In this document: positions 24,301 through 35,757 of the stretch, one piece after another | Position numbering within the stretch: the first letter of the stretch is position 1 | Layout of the letters: the number at the start of each line of letters is the position of its first letter | Origin: Lophium mytilinum | Taxonomy: Eukaryota | DNA: 64,000 bases | NCBI GenBank assembly: GCA_010093605.1 | Contig: MU004189.1 | Location: 255,834-319,833 of the forward strand | Reading direction: 5' to 3' | The notes under the pieces: generated by a model | Databases searched by the model: none | What the model saw: only the letters and a program-made list of their open reading frames with translations | Told to the model about the DNA's origin: nothing | Program-made: the position numbers and the translations under genes

Positions 24301-25438
24301 CGGCCTCTAAGATGTTCGATGCAATCCGCAAGTCCAGAGGTCAGCGCCTTTCCGGTCATCTCCTCAAAAATGTCATCGATGTTGGAAATGGGTGGCAAGT
24401 TAGGGTTGAGACCAGTCCCCTTGAAGTCACCCTTCTTCTTCTTCGTCTTGGGCCTCTTGGGCAGAGGCGGGCGGCGTCGATAGGCTGAATCTACGTCCAT
24501 GGGTTCACCATCTTCGACGGCGGGCTGGGGTCCTGATTTCTTCTTCGAAATGGGTAAGACGGATTTGGGTTTCGCAGATGGTGGCGACATTTCTTCCTCC
24601 GAACCAGCCTCCGAGCTCTCGCCAGAGCCAGCAGAGTCTTCGTCGTAGTCGCTACTTTCGTCTGGTTCCTCCTCTTCTTCTGCACAAAATGCCGACACAG
24701 ACTCGCTCTCTTCGTTATCCATTTCTTCGCTAGAATCGTCTGAGACTGGGATATCCCACGTTTCTACGTATGACACGCGAGGCCTTTTGCGGCGGGGTCG
24801 TGCAGATGAGTCGTCGTCGTCATTTTCCATTACGGGGATAGGCGGGGCAACTGTCCGGGCCACAGATCTGGGTGCAGGAAGTGGATTCATGCGTTTCTTT
24901 ATTACAGGGACTGTTCACTTGTCAGCCATGGCAATTCCATTGCGAGCACCTGCTGATATAGAGCACCGAGCGTGTGACTAGGGTTTGCGAACGACAAATC
25001 GCTTGCTCAAACTGTAAAATCATACATACTTTCTACATGGGATAACACCCATCGCGACTTGCGCGGGGGAGCAGTCGCGTTAATCCTCTCAGATGTGACC
25101 CCTACATTGTCTAAAGGCCTACGCGGTGCCGCGGGTTCGCGCGTTGTTTGTGGCTTGCGCGCCGGAGCGAGCTTTCGAGCAGGCGCTGCCGTTGGCTTTC
25201 GTGCATGTATTGGATTTTGAGCAGGTGCTGTCTTCCGCCTAGGTATTGTCTTCCGCGCAGGTGTTCGCGCAACTGTCGGCTTTCGGGAAGCTGTTGACTT
25301 GTGAGTTTGTGCTTCGTAGTCAGGCATCAGCTCGTCTTGGTCATCCTCAGTGCTCGATGCTGCGTCGCGTGCGAACTCCGCATGGTTCCTCTTCCTGCTT
25401 CGAAGCGGCGTGAAGAAGCTTGTAATCCGGCTGAACAT
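18320..25438 (-). CDS. DNMT5: DNMT5-type C5-cytosine DNA methyltransferase fused to SNF2 ATPase and RING finger (~2,277 aa)
   Basis: Exons 25438-25030, 24910-24230, 24176-24017, 23963-18813 and 18752-18320 splice in frame. MTase motifs: ATMCSGTE, FSAEI...QAYIERNF, LLVAGFACVD, IILENV, PQTRIR, LGGNAM. SNF2 motifs: GGVLAEKVGFGKT, IVVDEF, LSGT, QAIGRARRYGQ. RING: CGHISCATC...CPVKGC. Confidence 0.92.
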
Positions 25439-26567
25439 TCTGGCTACGAATCTCCGTGGAGTCAGCTAACATGCACTTGGGAGCTTCAGCACAGGATAAC
25501 AATTTACTTTCTTCAGGAAATGCGGAGTTCCTTGCGGTACCGTCTCGCGATCAGTCTAAACATGCATTGGTCATCGAGGACGTGGGTGAGAGTGTGAGGA
25601 TGCTGAGTTGAACGTCGCGTCGTCGCGTAGAATTGGCGATTTGCGGGATCGGCGGTTTAGCTCGGACCCTGTTGCCGAAAACACGCTAGTAGCCTTGTCA
25701 TGTGACCATCACACCAACCTCAGACCCCATCAATAAACAACACAAAGCGATTCTGTGTACAGCTGGTAAGTTCGATACTACCTGTCTAGCACGATTGTGT
25801 GGCAATACTGACCCATTGAAGAACGATGGAGTGCCACAGCCGATCTTTTCTGAAGTGCAGTGAAGCATCCCGGCCCAGATGGTGAACAGGCGAGAAGCTT
25901 CCTGGCACTGTGAAGTGAGGGATGAACGCGGAACGAGTCGTTGCTAGGATATGTTTCTGTGCCCCATTGCGATAAACTTCGTTTTGGCAGTTGTTTGTGA
26001 ACTTCGAGACCTGCTTTTTAGTTTCATCGTAGCGAGACGAGAGGCTGTGAGCGGAGGACAGTATCGAAAGCTGAGGCTGCTGAAGGTGATGCTGTTTCTC
26101 TGACAGCTCCAGGAAGTGCTGATTGAGGTGGCCTAGTGAGGATCAGCAGGTCAAAGTGATTGAGGTATGTCTTAAGCAGAATGATGAGACTGCACGAAGC
26201 ATGTCCAGCAGTAGCAGGTGAGTTGACAAACGTTCATCGCATTGTAGATTGATTTCCGGATGTCTTGCGCCTAGTGGTTCTTCAAAACGCTGAGCTTTCG
26301 AAGTCAGCGAGGATGTTACAAGGGTAGGAATTCCCGATCATCGGACAGCGAGCAGGATGTTCGGCTGTGCTGACTCTTTTTGTTCGTCGGCCCGATCACT
26401 GCATCCGCTTAGGTACTAATCACGCGGCGCCTATCTCAAAGTAGATTCCAAGCTCCGCAGCTTCGTATTCACACTATGACTATACTTCAGTATAACTACC
26501 TAGTGTAGTCACGCAGAGTGTGCACTCAGTCTCTCAAGACATCTCTGGCCATATTGTACCTTGCAAA

Positions 26568-27675
26568 ATGGCTCCTTTGACCTCCAACCCTGTTCACACA
26601 ACCAATACATTTGAAGATCTCAGCGGTGTTTCTACTGAAGCCTTTGACAACCCATATGATGCGATATTAGAAGCATGCCATGGCGACCCGGTAGGTAGTA
26701 TCAATGATACTTAGAGGTTATAGCCTAACGCTCTGTTCAGAAGGAGATCCAGGCCCGTTACCAAGCACACCGCAGCACCAGGAACGGCCAGCAGAAGATC
26801 AAACTGCTAGATGCACAATTCCCCGGTGTCAGCATAGATCCAGTGCTGCAGAAGCTATGCGATCCTTCGATCGAGCCAGGATACAGTGATCCTCGGCATT
26901 GCCTGGTATTCTGGGCTCGGCCAACCGCGACAGTGAAGAGTCTGATACATCAGGTACAGCAGAAGCTGCTCTCCGTTGCTCCAAGTAAGATTGAGCCCCT
27001 ATGACCACTTAAACACAGAAGAGGGAAAGTGTGAGGTGCTGTGGTGCACCTTTTGACCTGTTGATAGACCTCTGGCTCATGCCACAAGATTGCCTCCACA
27101 TGACCGCTCTCGAAATGACTCACTCTCGGACCAACGAGGAGATCGAAAAGCTTGTTCAAGCTATGAGGCCATCATTGCAGTCTATAACTGATTACACCTT
27201 TGATCACCGTGCTCGCCTCGTGAAGCCAATGATCGGATTCGACGCCTCCGCTCTCGCACTAAGCTTCGTACCCGCCGCAGGGGAAGGATCTGTCGATTCC
27301 CAGTCTGCCGACAGAGATGAGTACACATACCATCACCTCAGACGTGATCTTTTCAAGCTCTGTAGTGCCACAGGTGTTCCGGTCGATTCTCGATATGTGG
27401 TCCCTTCGAGTCATCTGACCATTGGCCGCTTCATCAACATCAGCGATACTTCGGACGACGAGGGCAATCCTGATCCTTCGAAGATGAAGACTCTTGTTGA
27501 GAAGATTGAGGAGATCAATCAATGGCTGGAAGGTGAATACTGGCCTGAATCTGTTGGTGCGGAGATCAAGGACGGAGGAGAATGGACTGTAGGAGAAGAA
27601 AAAGGGCTGAACTGCAGAATGGGGACTCTCTGGTACGGCGGAGGCGAGTCTATATGCCTGGGCAAAGGGTTTTAG
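26568..27675 (+). CDS. 2H phosphoesterase (RNA ligase/cyclic nucleotide phosphodiesterase-like) protein
   Basis: Two HxT motifs (LHMTAL and SHLTIG). Introns at ~26691-26741 and ~26985-27068. Confidence 0.8.
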
Positions 27676-28225
27676 AGATCCACGTCAGTGATTTCACATA
27701 GAGTTAGAAGCTCTTACATCTAAAAGCATCAGCGTAGACGGTTCTAAGCTCAAATATCTACATTTTAGATCTTAACAAGGCTCTTATGATGGAATAACCA
27801 CCATTTCCATGGCTAAGTTGATATTCAAAACTCATGTCGCCTTTCTAGGACAAGTACACAGATTGAAGTTAGGATTGAGGAGAACGATGCGCTGATAGTA
27901 GCTCCAGGGTCTGTGCGCAGTTTCAGCCCTACGGCAGCTTGCACCTCTGCAACCACAGCTGTGATGCTCTCTTAACGCTTACTTCTCTCTCCACTCCTCC
28001 TAGCAAGCAACACTCTTCTGGAAGATATCAGCGGCTTGCTTTTCTATTCACCTAGCCTCCCCATTACGTCACTTCTTACGAACACCTGCGCATAGACTCA
28101 GACAGCGGTATTCTACGCTGCTGCCTCTTTCCCTGCCATACGTGGCGACTTCGCCCACCGCTATATATATCCCCGAGCCCTAGCCGTCTGCCGCACACGC
28201 TTAGAAAGTAAACGTATTCTACAAG

Positions 28226-30770
28226 ATGTTTGGCCGCGACCGTGTCGCAAACCCCTTTGGCGCACGCCCTGACGGCGCCCCGCGCACTCCCGCCCGCAAC
28301 GATGGCTACGGTCGACCTCCCCAACAACCTCCACCCCCACCAGGCTATGGCGGGCCACCTCAACAACGGATGCCCACAGGGAGGGCGCCCCCAGCTATGG
28401 GTGGAGGGGGGCCAGCTCGCCAACTGAGGCCTATCAAAAGCCCCGGAGGCAATTCGTATGCCTTTGGTAACCTGGCCGCAGTGTCCCCGTCAGACTTCCC
28501 TCCTAGTCAGGATGGCGAGGACATATACATTCTTCTGAATGGCAGATATGTTCTGTCAGCAAAACCGACCACCGGATGTGGACCAGGAGAGATTGGGTTG
28601 ACGAACGAGCAGAGGACTTGGGCTGCAATAACGTTGGGGCCTCAGGACTTTGTGTCCGTGGAGCCATATGTTGCGTTCAGTGATGGCGGCGCGTCATATC
28701 TTGGTGCTTTGGAAGTAGAGGCTGGATATGCGAGCGCGAGGAAGACAACGGACGTGCCCTACGATCAGGACGAGCTCGCAGCGCAGTTTATCAAAAACTT
28801 CCAGAACCAAATTCTGGCTCCAGGCCAAATACTACTCATGGACGTCAAGAGCATCTATCTTCGCCTAACTATTCGAACTACTCAACTTGTAAATTTGGCC
28901 CGGGAGAAAGACGACGGACTACCTCCAGAAACCCAGACGGACCCTCGCGCGAGAGGAATCTTGACGAAACATACCAAGATAGACTTTTTCAAAGACGCAA
29001 AGTCAGACTTGAAACTGAAGGCGTCTAACCGGAGACCAGCTACGAACTCCATTGTACAGCCCGGGTTCAAGTTCGAGGACATGGGAATCGGTGGTCTCGA
29101 TACCGAGTTCAGCGCCATCTTCCGGAGAGCCTTTGCTTCTCGTATATTCCCTCCGGGTCTCGTAGAAAAACTAGGCATCCAGCACGTTCGTGGTATCCTA
29201 CTGTATGGACCTCCGGGAACCGGCAAGACGCTCATTGCTCGTCAAATTGGCAAGATGCTGAATGCTAGGGAGCCGAAGGTCATCAATGGCCCAGAAGTGC
29301 TCAACAAATATGTCGGACAGTCCGAGGAGAATATCCGAAAGCTCTTCGCCGATGCAGGTAAGGTCGAAATCGTGGACATCTAGGGAAAGCACTACTAATT
29401 CTGTATCAGAAAAGGAATACAAGGAGAAAGGCGATGAGAGTGGCCTTCATATTATCATTTTCGACGAACTCGATGCGGTATGCAAGCAAAGAGGTAGTTC
29501 CGGAGGAGGAACCGGCGTCGGAGACAGTGTAGTGAACCAGCTGCTCTCGAAGCTTGACGGTGTCGATCAACTGAACAACATCCTGCTCATCGGTATGACC
29601 AACCGAATGGACATGATCGACGAGGCGCTGCTTCGTGCTGGACGTTTGGAAGTTCACATGGAGATTTCATTGCCGGATGAATCGGGCCGTGCACAGATTC
29701 TCAAGATCCATACCACGAAAATGCGGAACAACAACATCATGGCACCTGATGTCAACCTAGAGGAGCTTGCTCGGATGACAAAGAATTTCTCAGGTGCCGA
29801 AATCAGCGGGTTGGTAAAGGCAGCGTCATCGTTTGCTTTCAGCAGGCACATCAAGGTCGGCACGATGGCGGCCATCAACGAGGACGTGGTGAACATGAAG
29901 GTCAGCCGCGAAGACTTCATGCACGCGCTAGATGAGGTGAAACCCCTTTTCGGCGCGGCCGAAGAAGAACTATCGCGGAGAATTCTAGGCGACATTGTCC
30001 ACTATTCAAGGCACATCGAAGACATCCTGGAAGAGGGTCGTCTTTTCATCAACCAAGTCAGGAAGGATGAGTCTTCGCCCGTACTGTCCGTCGCGCTGCA
30101 TGGCCCTCCCGGCAGCGGTAAAACAGCACTCGCAGCAAGCATGTCGATGGACTCAGGGTTCCCCTTCATCAAACTGCTTTCGCCGGAAGACATGGTGGGG
30201 TATAGCGAGATGCAGAAGGTACAGCAGATTGAGAAGACGTTCAGGGATGCGTATAAGAGCCCGCTTAGCGTCATTGTCATCGACGATATTGAGATACTGC
30301 TTGATTGGGTGCCGATCGGCCCTCGGTTCAGCAACAGCGTATTGCAGGCGCTGAAGACGCTGCTGAAGAAGCAGCCGCCAAAGGTGAGTGGCTGGTCCCA
30401 CGAGGTGGTACAATGGTAAAGCTTGAGCTGACCGGACATGCAGGACCGGCGACTACTGATTTTCGCCACAACATCGCAGCGGTCTGTGCTGCACCAGCTC
30501 CAGCTCGTCTTCAACGCGCAAATCGTTGTGCCGAACGTGAACACGCAGGAGGAGCTGGCGCATGTGCTGCGTCACTCGGGCGTCTTCTCAGATCGGGATC
30601 AGCAGCAGGCCATCACGGAAATCCAAGAGATGACGGGTAGCACCGAGGTAGGGGTGGGCATCAAGCAGATCTTGGAAGGCATCAGGACAGCCAAGCAAGA
30701 CAAGGATGTGGCCGGCCGCTTCGCTCGCATAATGTCCCAGGCGATAGCCGACAGGACCGCGTTCGCATAG
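28226..30770 (+). CDS. SEC18: Vesicle-fusing ATPase Sec18/NSF
   Basis: MGIGGLDTEFSAIFRRAFASR, D1 GPPGTGKT and IIFDELDA, D2 GPPGSGKT, VPIGPRFSN. Introns at ~29358-29409 and 30384-30443. Confidence 0.98.
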
Positions 30771-32528
30771 TAGGTAGGAGTATCGGAACCGGAGGTTCTA
30801 GCATGCCGTCATGCTGCACAGGCTGCCTGGAAGTGGTGCGCAGAGATGTATGCAGAGACGCGAGCAGTCACGTAAAGCAAATGCAGCAATTTTACCGACA
30901 GCATATTCTATTTCCTATGTCAAAGTCTCAGATTCACATCCCCACTCACGGCCTTCACAGCTCCCAAGACGGTAAGTCTGTTCCCTCCAAGAGCTGTCAA
31001 AATGCTGCGGCGTGTTCCTGCGTTCGTCTGTGCCATGAGACTCTCTCAATATGCCCGAGGGGCGTAGCACGACCTGTTCTGTCTCAAGTTCTCCCTATGT
31101 GCAGCTCACATGGTCGTTGACAGCGGCGCACGGCAGATCGCCACGGGGATAGCCTGTCGGGTGCGCTCGGACAATCTCCACGCCCCTGGGAGCATACTAC
31201 GACGGCTCCTGATGCAGGGCTCTGGCTTGGAGGGCCCGACGTCGGCTGACGGAGCGGCTGGCGAGCTCAGAGCTGGGGTAGGTGAGGCGTTCGGGATTGT
31301 GGCAGCGCGGTTGGCACACGGCGGGCAGGCTGAGGGCGTGTGCAGCGGCCTGAAGCATTTTGGTGACTGCCGGAACGGATAGCAGCAGACGCAGAGCCCT
31401 AACGAAGCCAACGCAAGGGGGATCCGCCGCGTGGGAAGCTGGACGCTTTGCAGACCCACGGCCGGTCACATGGGGCCCTCGTCTTTTTCTCTCGTCTTTT
31501 CTCACCGCCACTAATCGGGCCTGGCTCCACGCGGCGTGTTGGAGCGGGCAGGCCGCGTGAAGGGGCCGTAGGGGCGGTAGGGGCCGTTTGAATGGCTGCG
31601 GGTCGTGTCGGTAGGGGCGTGCAGGTGGTGTTTGTGGGACGGTGGCACTGCTGGGATAGGCGTCTGCCGTAGGGCATCAATCAGCTGGAGGACTGACACC
31701 GCCATGCCGACTCTGGCTTCGCCAGGCTAGCCAATAGCCTTAGGGCTCCCCGGCGCCCCCCAATGCGTCATGGCGCGCAGGGCCCAGAAAATAATGCCCC
31801 GGCCTCACGCTTCGTGAACGTCCAACTGCAACGACGACGCATCGGATGGCCCCCCGCAGCATCCTCCAAACCTGCCCGCACCCACCTGCGGTCCCATGGT
31901 CAGCAATGCAATGCGGGCTGCACGCCGAGCCCGTTGCGCTGCGACTCCATGCCTCTTCCAGCCATGACAGATTGCATGTCCTGAAGCGTTGGCGAGCTGG
32001 CGAGCCAACGCATCAACACTGACAGCACTTAGCCCTCCGTCCCAGCATGCTACCCATGCACCTACAGCCTCCGCCGTCGCTGCTTTTGCCCGCCGCCGTG
32101 TCTACGCGCTTGCGCGCTTGTCGTTGCTCGCTGCCTTACGCCTCTCACCATGGCCGGCACCGCTGCCGTCACCTTTCTCGCCCTCCACCCCTCCGCCAGC
32201 CCGCCAATCTTGCTCCGGCGGCCGCGTCCTGCTGATACGAACACCGTACGGCTTTGCTAGCTCTGTGCCAGTGGCCAATGGGCCCGCTGCTGGGCGCCCC
32301 ATCGCGCCAAGCTATCATGGATCGGCTGCGGCCTACGCCTTGGGGGATTCTTCCAGCCCGGCCTAAACGGCCCTCTAGGGCTCGGATAGAGCGGGATTGG
32401 TTTCCGTGCTCGTAGGACTATGCAGCTTTATCACGGCTGGAGCGGGGTCAGAAGCTCGCGGTGCCGTGAAGGGGTCAGCGCGATGCCCCCGTCGACCGAG
32501 ATGCTTGCTCTGCCCGTGCCGGCAAAGG

Positions 32529-32536
32529 TATAAAAG
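32529..32536 (+). promoter_or_regulatory. TATA box (TATAAAAG) upstream of the KXD1-like gene
   Basis: Canonical TATAAAAG followed by a CT-rich tract, about 235 bp before the ATG at 32764. Confidence 0.55.
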
Positions 32537-32763
32537 GGGGTCTGAATCGAGCATTCAGACCTTTCTTCCTGACTTCTCTCATCCTCCGTTTGACATACTT
32601 ATCCAAACATATTTATCTCGCAAGCAAACACTGTCCCATCTTGTGCCGGCACTAGTTCATTGACTCCCTTCTCCTCACACTCTTCTATCCAACCATTACA
32701 TTAGCTCCCCGTCACATCCACACTCTCGTCCTCGTTGTCCTACATTACTAGTGTCTCATCATC

Positions 32764-33452
32764 ATGTCTACCACTCACGCTTACTACCACCCCACCACCC
32801 TCCCAATCAACATGCCCAAAAAGGCAGGCTACTACCCGACTACCCACCACCCTGTCTATAGCCGGGTGTCTGTCTCGCCCCCCGAGGCTCCGGAGAGCGC
32901 TACGACCTCGGGAGTCACCTCCTACGAGCCGTCGGCGACGTCGAGCAGCTACGCTGGCAGCGCGAGCGAGTACGAATCCACCGGCGCTGCTTCTGGCGTC
33001 GACTTGATTGAGTATATGGGCGATCGCCTCCACGGCGCTTTCGACCAAATGCCTCTTGACCGCAGTCTCGCCAAACAGGCGCAAACGTAAGTCTTAACCT
33101 GCGGAACCAGCACCAGCGGCAGCCGGGAGTCAGTGACTGACGGCGCATGCAGATCCGGCGAGCTCAACGCCAAACACCGCGAACTCCTCGAACTGCAAGC
33201 ACTTGCACAGCGCCGCCTCGCCGGCGCGCGCGCCAACTTCGCAGATGGCATGCGAACAGCAAAGGAAGTCCAAAAAGATCTCCAATGGACGCAAAAGCGC
33301 GTGACGTAAGTCTCTCCCCAACTTTCCCCTTACCACCCACCCACAAAACCGCTAACAACCACACCAGCTCCCTCAACGAACGCGCCGCCCGCAAATACCC
33401 CAACGAATACAAAGTCGCCTCCCAGCGATACCCAGCCCCCGTCGACTACTAA
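32764..33452 (+). CDS. KXD1: KxDL-domain protein (BLOC-1/BORC subunit Kxd1-like)
   Basis: LDRSLAKQAQTSGELNAK...AKEVQKDLQWTQKRV...ARKYPNEY. Introns at ~33087-33152 and ~33306-33367. Confidence 0.78.
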
Positions 33453-34546
33453 AAAAAAGTGCTTCGTTTCCAACCCTTTTCCTTAAACTCTGCCCGTCTC
33501 ACGAGTTTTCGATGGAGCATTTTCTTGGCATACGCAACACCAACAACCAACCTTCGTTTCTTGTATACCCCTATTTCCCCTCCCCTTCCACCTCTGTCAG
33601 CGGAGCAAGCGAGCGGAACCGGTCGTCAACGCTCGCTCGTCGATCACTCTCCCACCCCCCTTTGCCGGCTCCGCTCCGCCGCTCGCTGCTTTACGTGCGT
33701 GTCGGCGCCTAGCGCAACGCCCCAACGCAGCGGGGCCGCCACGGCTCGGTCCGGCGCGCGGCGCTTAGCGGGCTAATCGCGCTGTGCTGGCTGGCTGGCT
33801 GGCGATGAGATGGGTGGGGATTGACATTTTTCGATTTCTTGATTGGGCGGGCTGGGCCCAATTGGGGGGGGCTTTGGTGCGTTCATTTGTCCGCTTAAGG
33901 ACGGTTTTACCACTTCTTTGGGTTTTCTTTTCAAGCGAAATGGGGTGGGAGTGGCTTTCTGCGGGTAACTTGGCGTTTTGCTTGGATGGCTGGGTTTCGT
34001 GACGGCGGTGGAGGCGGATTTGGAAGATCCCGGCTGGCTAGGGCGCTGGGCGGGAGGGTGCTCTTTGTTGTAACGGACGAATGAAATACTTGTTTCTGTT
34101 GATTTGTGGCCGTGGGAGTTGCTGGGGTTGGGGCGAGGCGATGTGATGGGTTGCTGTGATGAGTGATGTGATTGGTAGAGGGGTTGGTGTGGCTGGGTGA
34201 GATAGGGCCGGGGAGGGGGGCGTTAAGACGGGATTAGTCACATGGGTGTGTGAGGAGTGGAAATGGTGGTGTGGTGGGTGCGGCTTTAGGCGCGAGTGAT
34301 GATGTTGTGAGGCACGTGCCGGAGACGGTAGTGGGAATGTTTATGGGTTAGTGTGGTGTTGTTAGCTGAGACCAAGATGGCCGATGTGAGAGTGTGTGTG
34401 GCTGTGATAAGGTGCAGTTGTTCGTGCTATTTGCTGCTATAGTACATCATATACAATTCGTTTCGAGAAAGAAGTCGTTGCTCCACTGCTTGTCGATCGC
34501 ATGAAGCCGGTCAGCCAAAGTAACATGGAAATGGCGGTCGTTTTCT

Positions 34547-35143
34547 TCATCCCTTCCCCTCCAACCCTTTCCACGGATCCTCGATAAAGCTGGGGAGGAA
34601 GTAGAACGTATCCCCGCGGGCATTCTTGACCCCTTTCGCTAGCCTGTGCAGGTCATTTCCACCCGAACCGCTCCCCTGCTCCTCAGGAATCGACGTCGGT
34701 GGTTTAGCAGGTAGTGACGCGTTCGGCTGTAAACTGGGTACGGATACTGCATTCCCAGTCGGCAGCACATACTCCCTCATAGCAGGCGGCGCACGATCCG
34801 GAATCTCCTTCGCTCGTTGGAGAAACGCAGCGAGGCCTGATGAGGCTTCTTCCTTTCCTTTCCCCTTCCCCCGTGCTTTGGCTTTCGCATCGGAAATGGT
34901 GAAGTCGGGATGCGTAGTCTTGGGATTAGGAGCATCTTCTCCTTGATCGGGCGCGTCTGGGGACCGCTTTTTATGCCGCACTCCGAGCTGGATCGTGTTT
35001 GCACCTGACGAACTTTCTTTTTCGGCGGAGTCGCCGGTGAAGGTGTCGTTGTGGTTGTATTTTCGTTTCTTGACTTGGTTGCCGAAGGAGCTGAAGCCCA
35101 TTGCTGCGGCTATCTCAGGATCGATTTCCATAGAGTCGTCCAT
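34547..35143 (-). CDS. Conserved fungal hypothetical protein
   Basis: Open frame MDDSMEIDPEIAAAMGFSSFG...YFLPSFIEDPW; the terminal motifs resemble those of conserved fungal hypotheticals. Confidence 0.75.
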   Translation of the reverse strand: MDDSMEIDPEIAAAMGFSSFGNQVKKRKYNHNDTFTGDSAEKESSSGANTIQLGVRHKKRSPDAPDQGEDAPNPKTTHPDFTISDAKAKARGKGKGKEEASSGLAAFLQRAKEIPDRAPPAMREYVLPTGNAVSVPSLQPNASLPAKPPTSIPEEQGSGSGGNDLHRLAKGVKNARGDTFYFLPSFIEDPWKGLEGKG

Positions 35144-35757
35144 TCTGAGGCTTAAAGATGTTGTATTGAGTACGAGTTCTGAGTTGGTGGCTGGGGTTGA
35201 TGGAGGATGTTGGGTGAACCTTGAAGAGATGAAGGAGAGTTCGCTAAAGTTGGCCAATGGGAGTCGGGTCCAAGTCTTCAAGGCCTGGTCGAGGTCCAGT
35301 GAGTTACTTTAAGCTTTATGGTTCCTGCAAAATTATCTAGCCAAAATACAAAGTGGAGACAACTATTTAGTATACAGAGTACCATCAGGAGCGCCTCCAC
35401 AAGGTTGCAGGTGTTCAACGAGCATTGAGCCTGGGCCTTCTAAAGCGTGTCTTCGCTTTTCAAGCAATGATAAGCATTTGTATGTACACTGTTTTCAACG
35501 AGCAGCGATGTAAAAGGCTCGGCAAATAAGAAAATGTGTGATCACCTACCGCTCAAGTCTGGCGGCAGAGGCGTAAACGGCCGTGGAGATCCCCCGACCG
35601 ATTGCATCCTTGAAAACGCGGAGAAGTCGCTGGCCCAAGCTCAACCTGCAGGACGAGCTTGTGAGCAGGGCCCGACACGTTGTTCTCCTCTTATCCACAA
35701 TACGAAGGCCATGACAGTAGACGGGTAACCGGTGCTTCTTCTTACGACGGTACGGAG

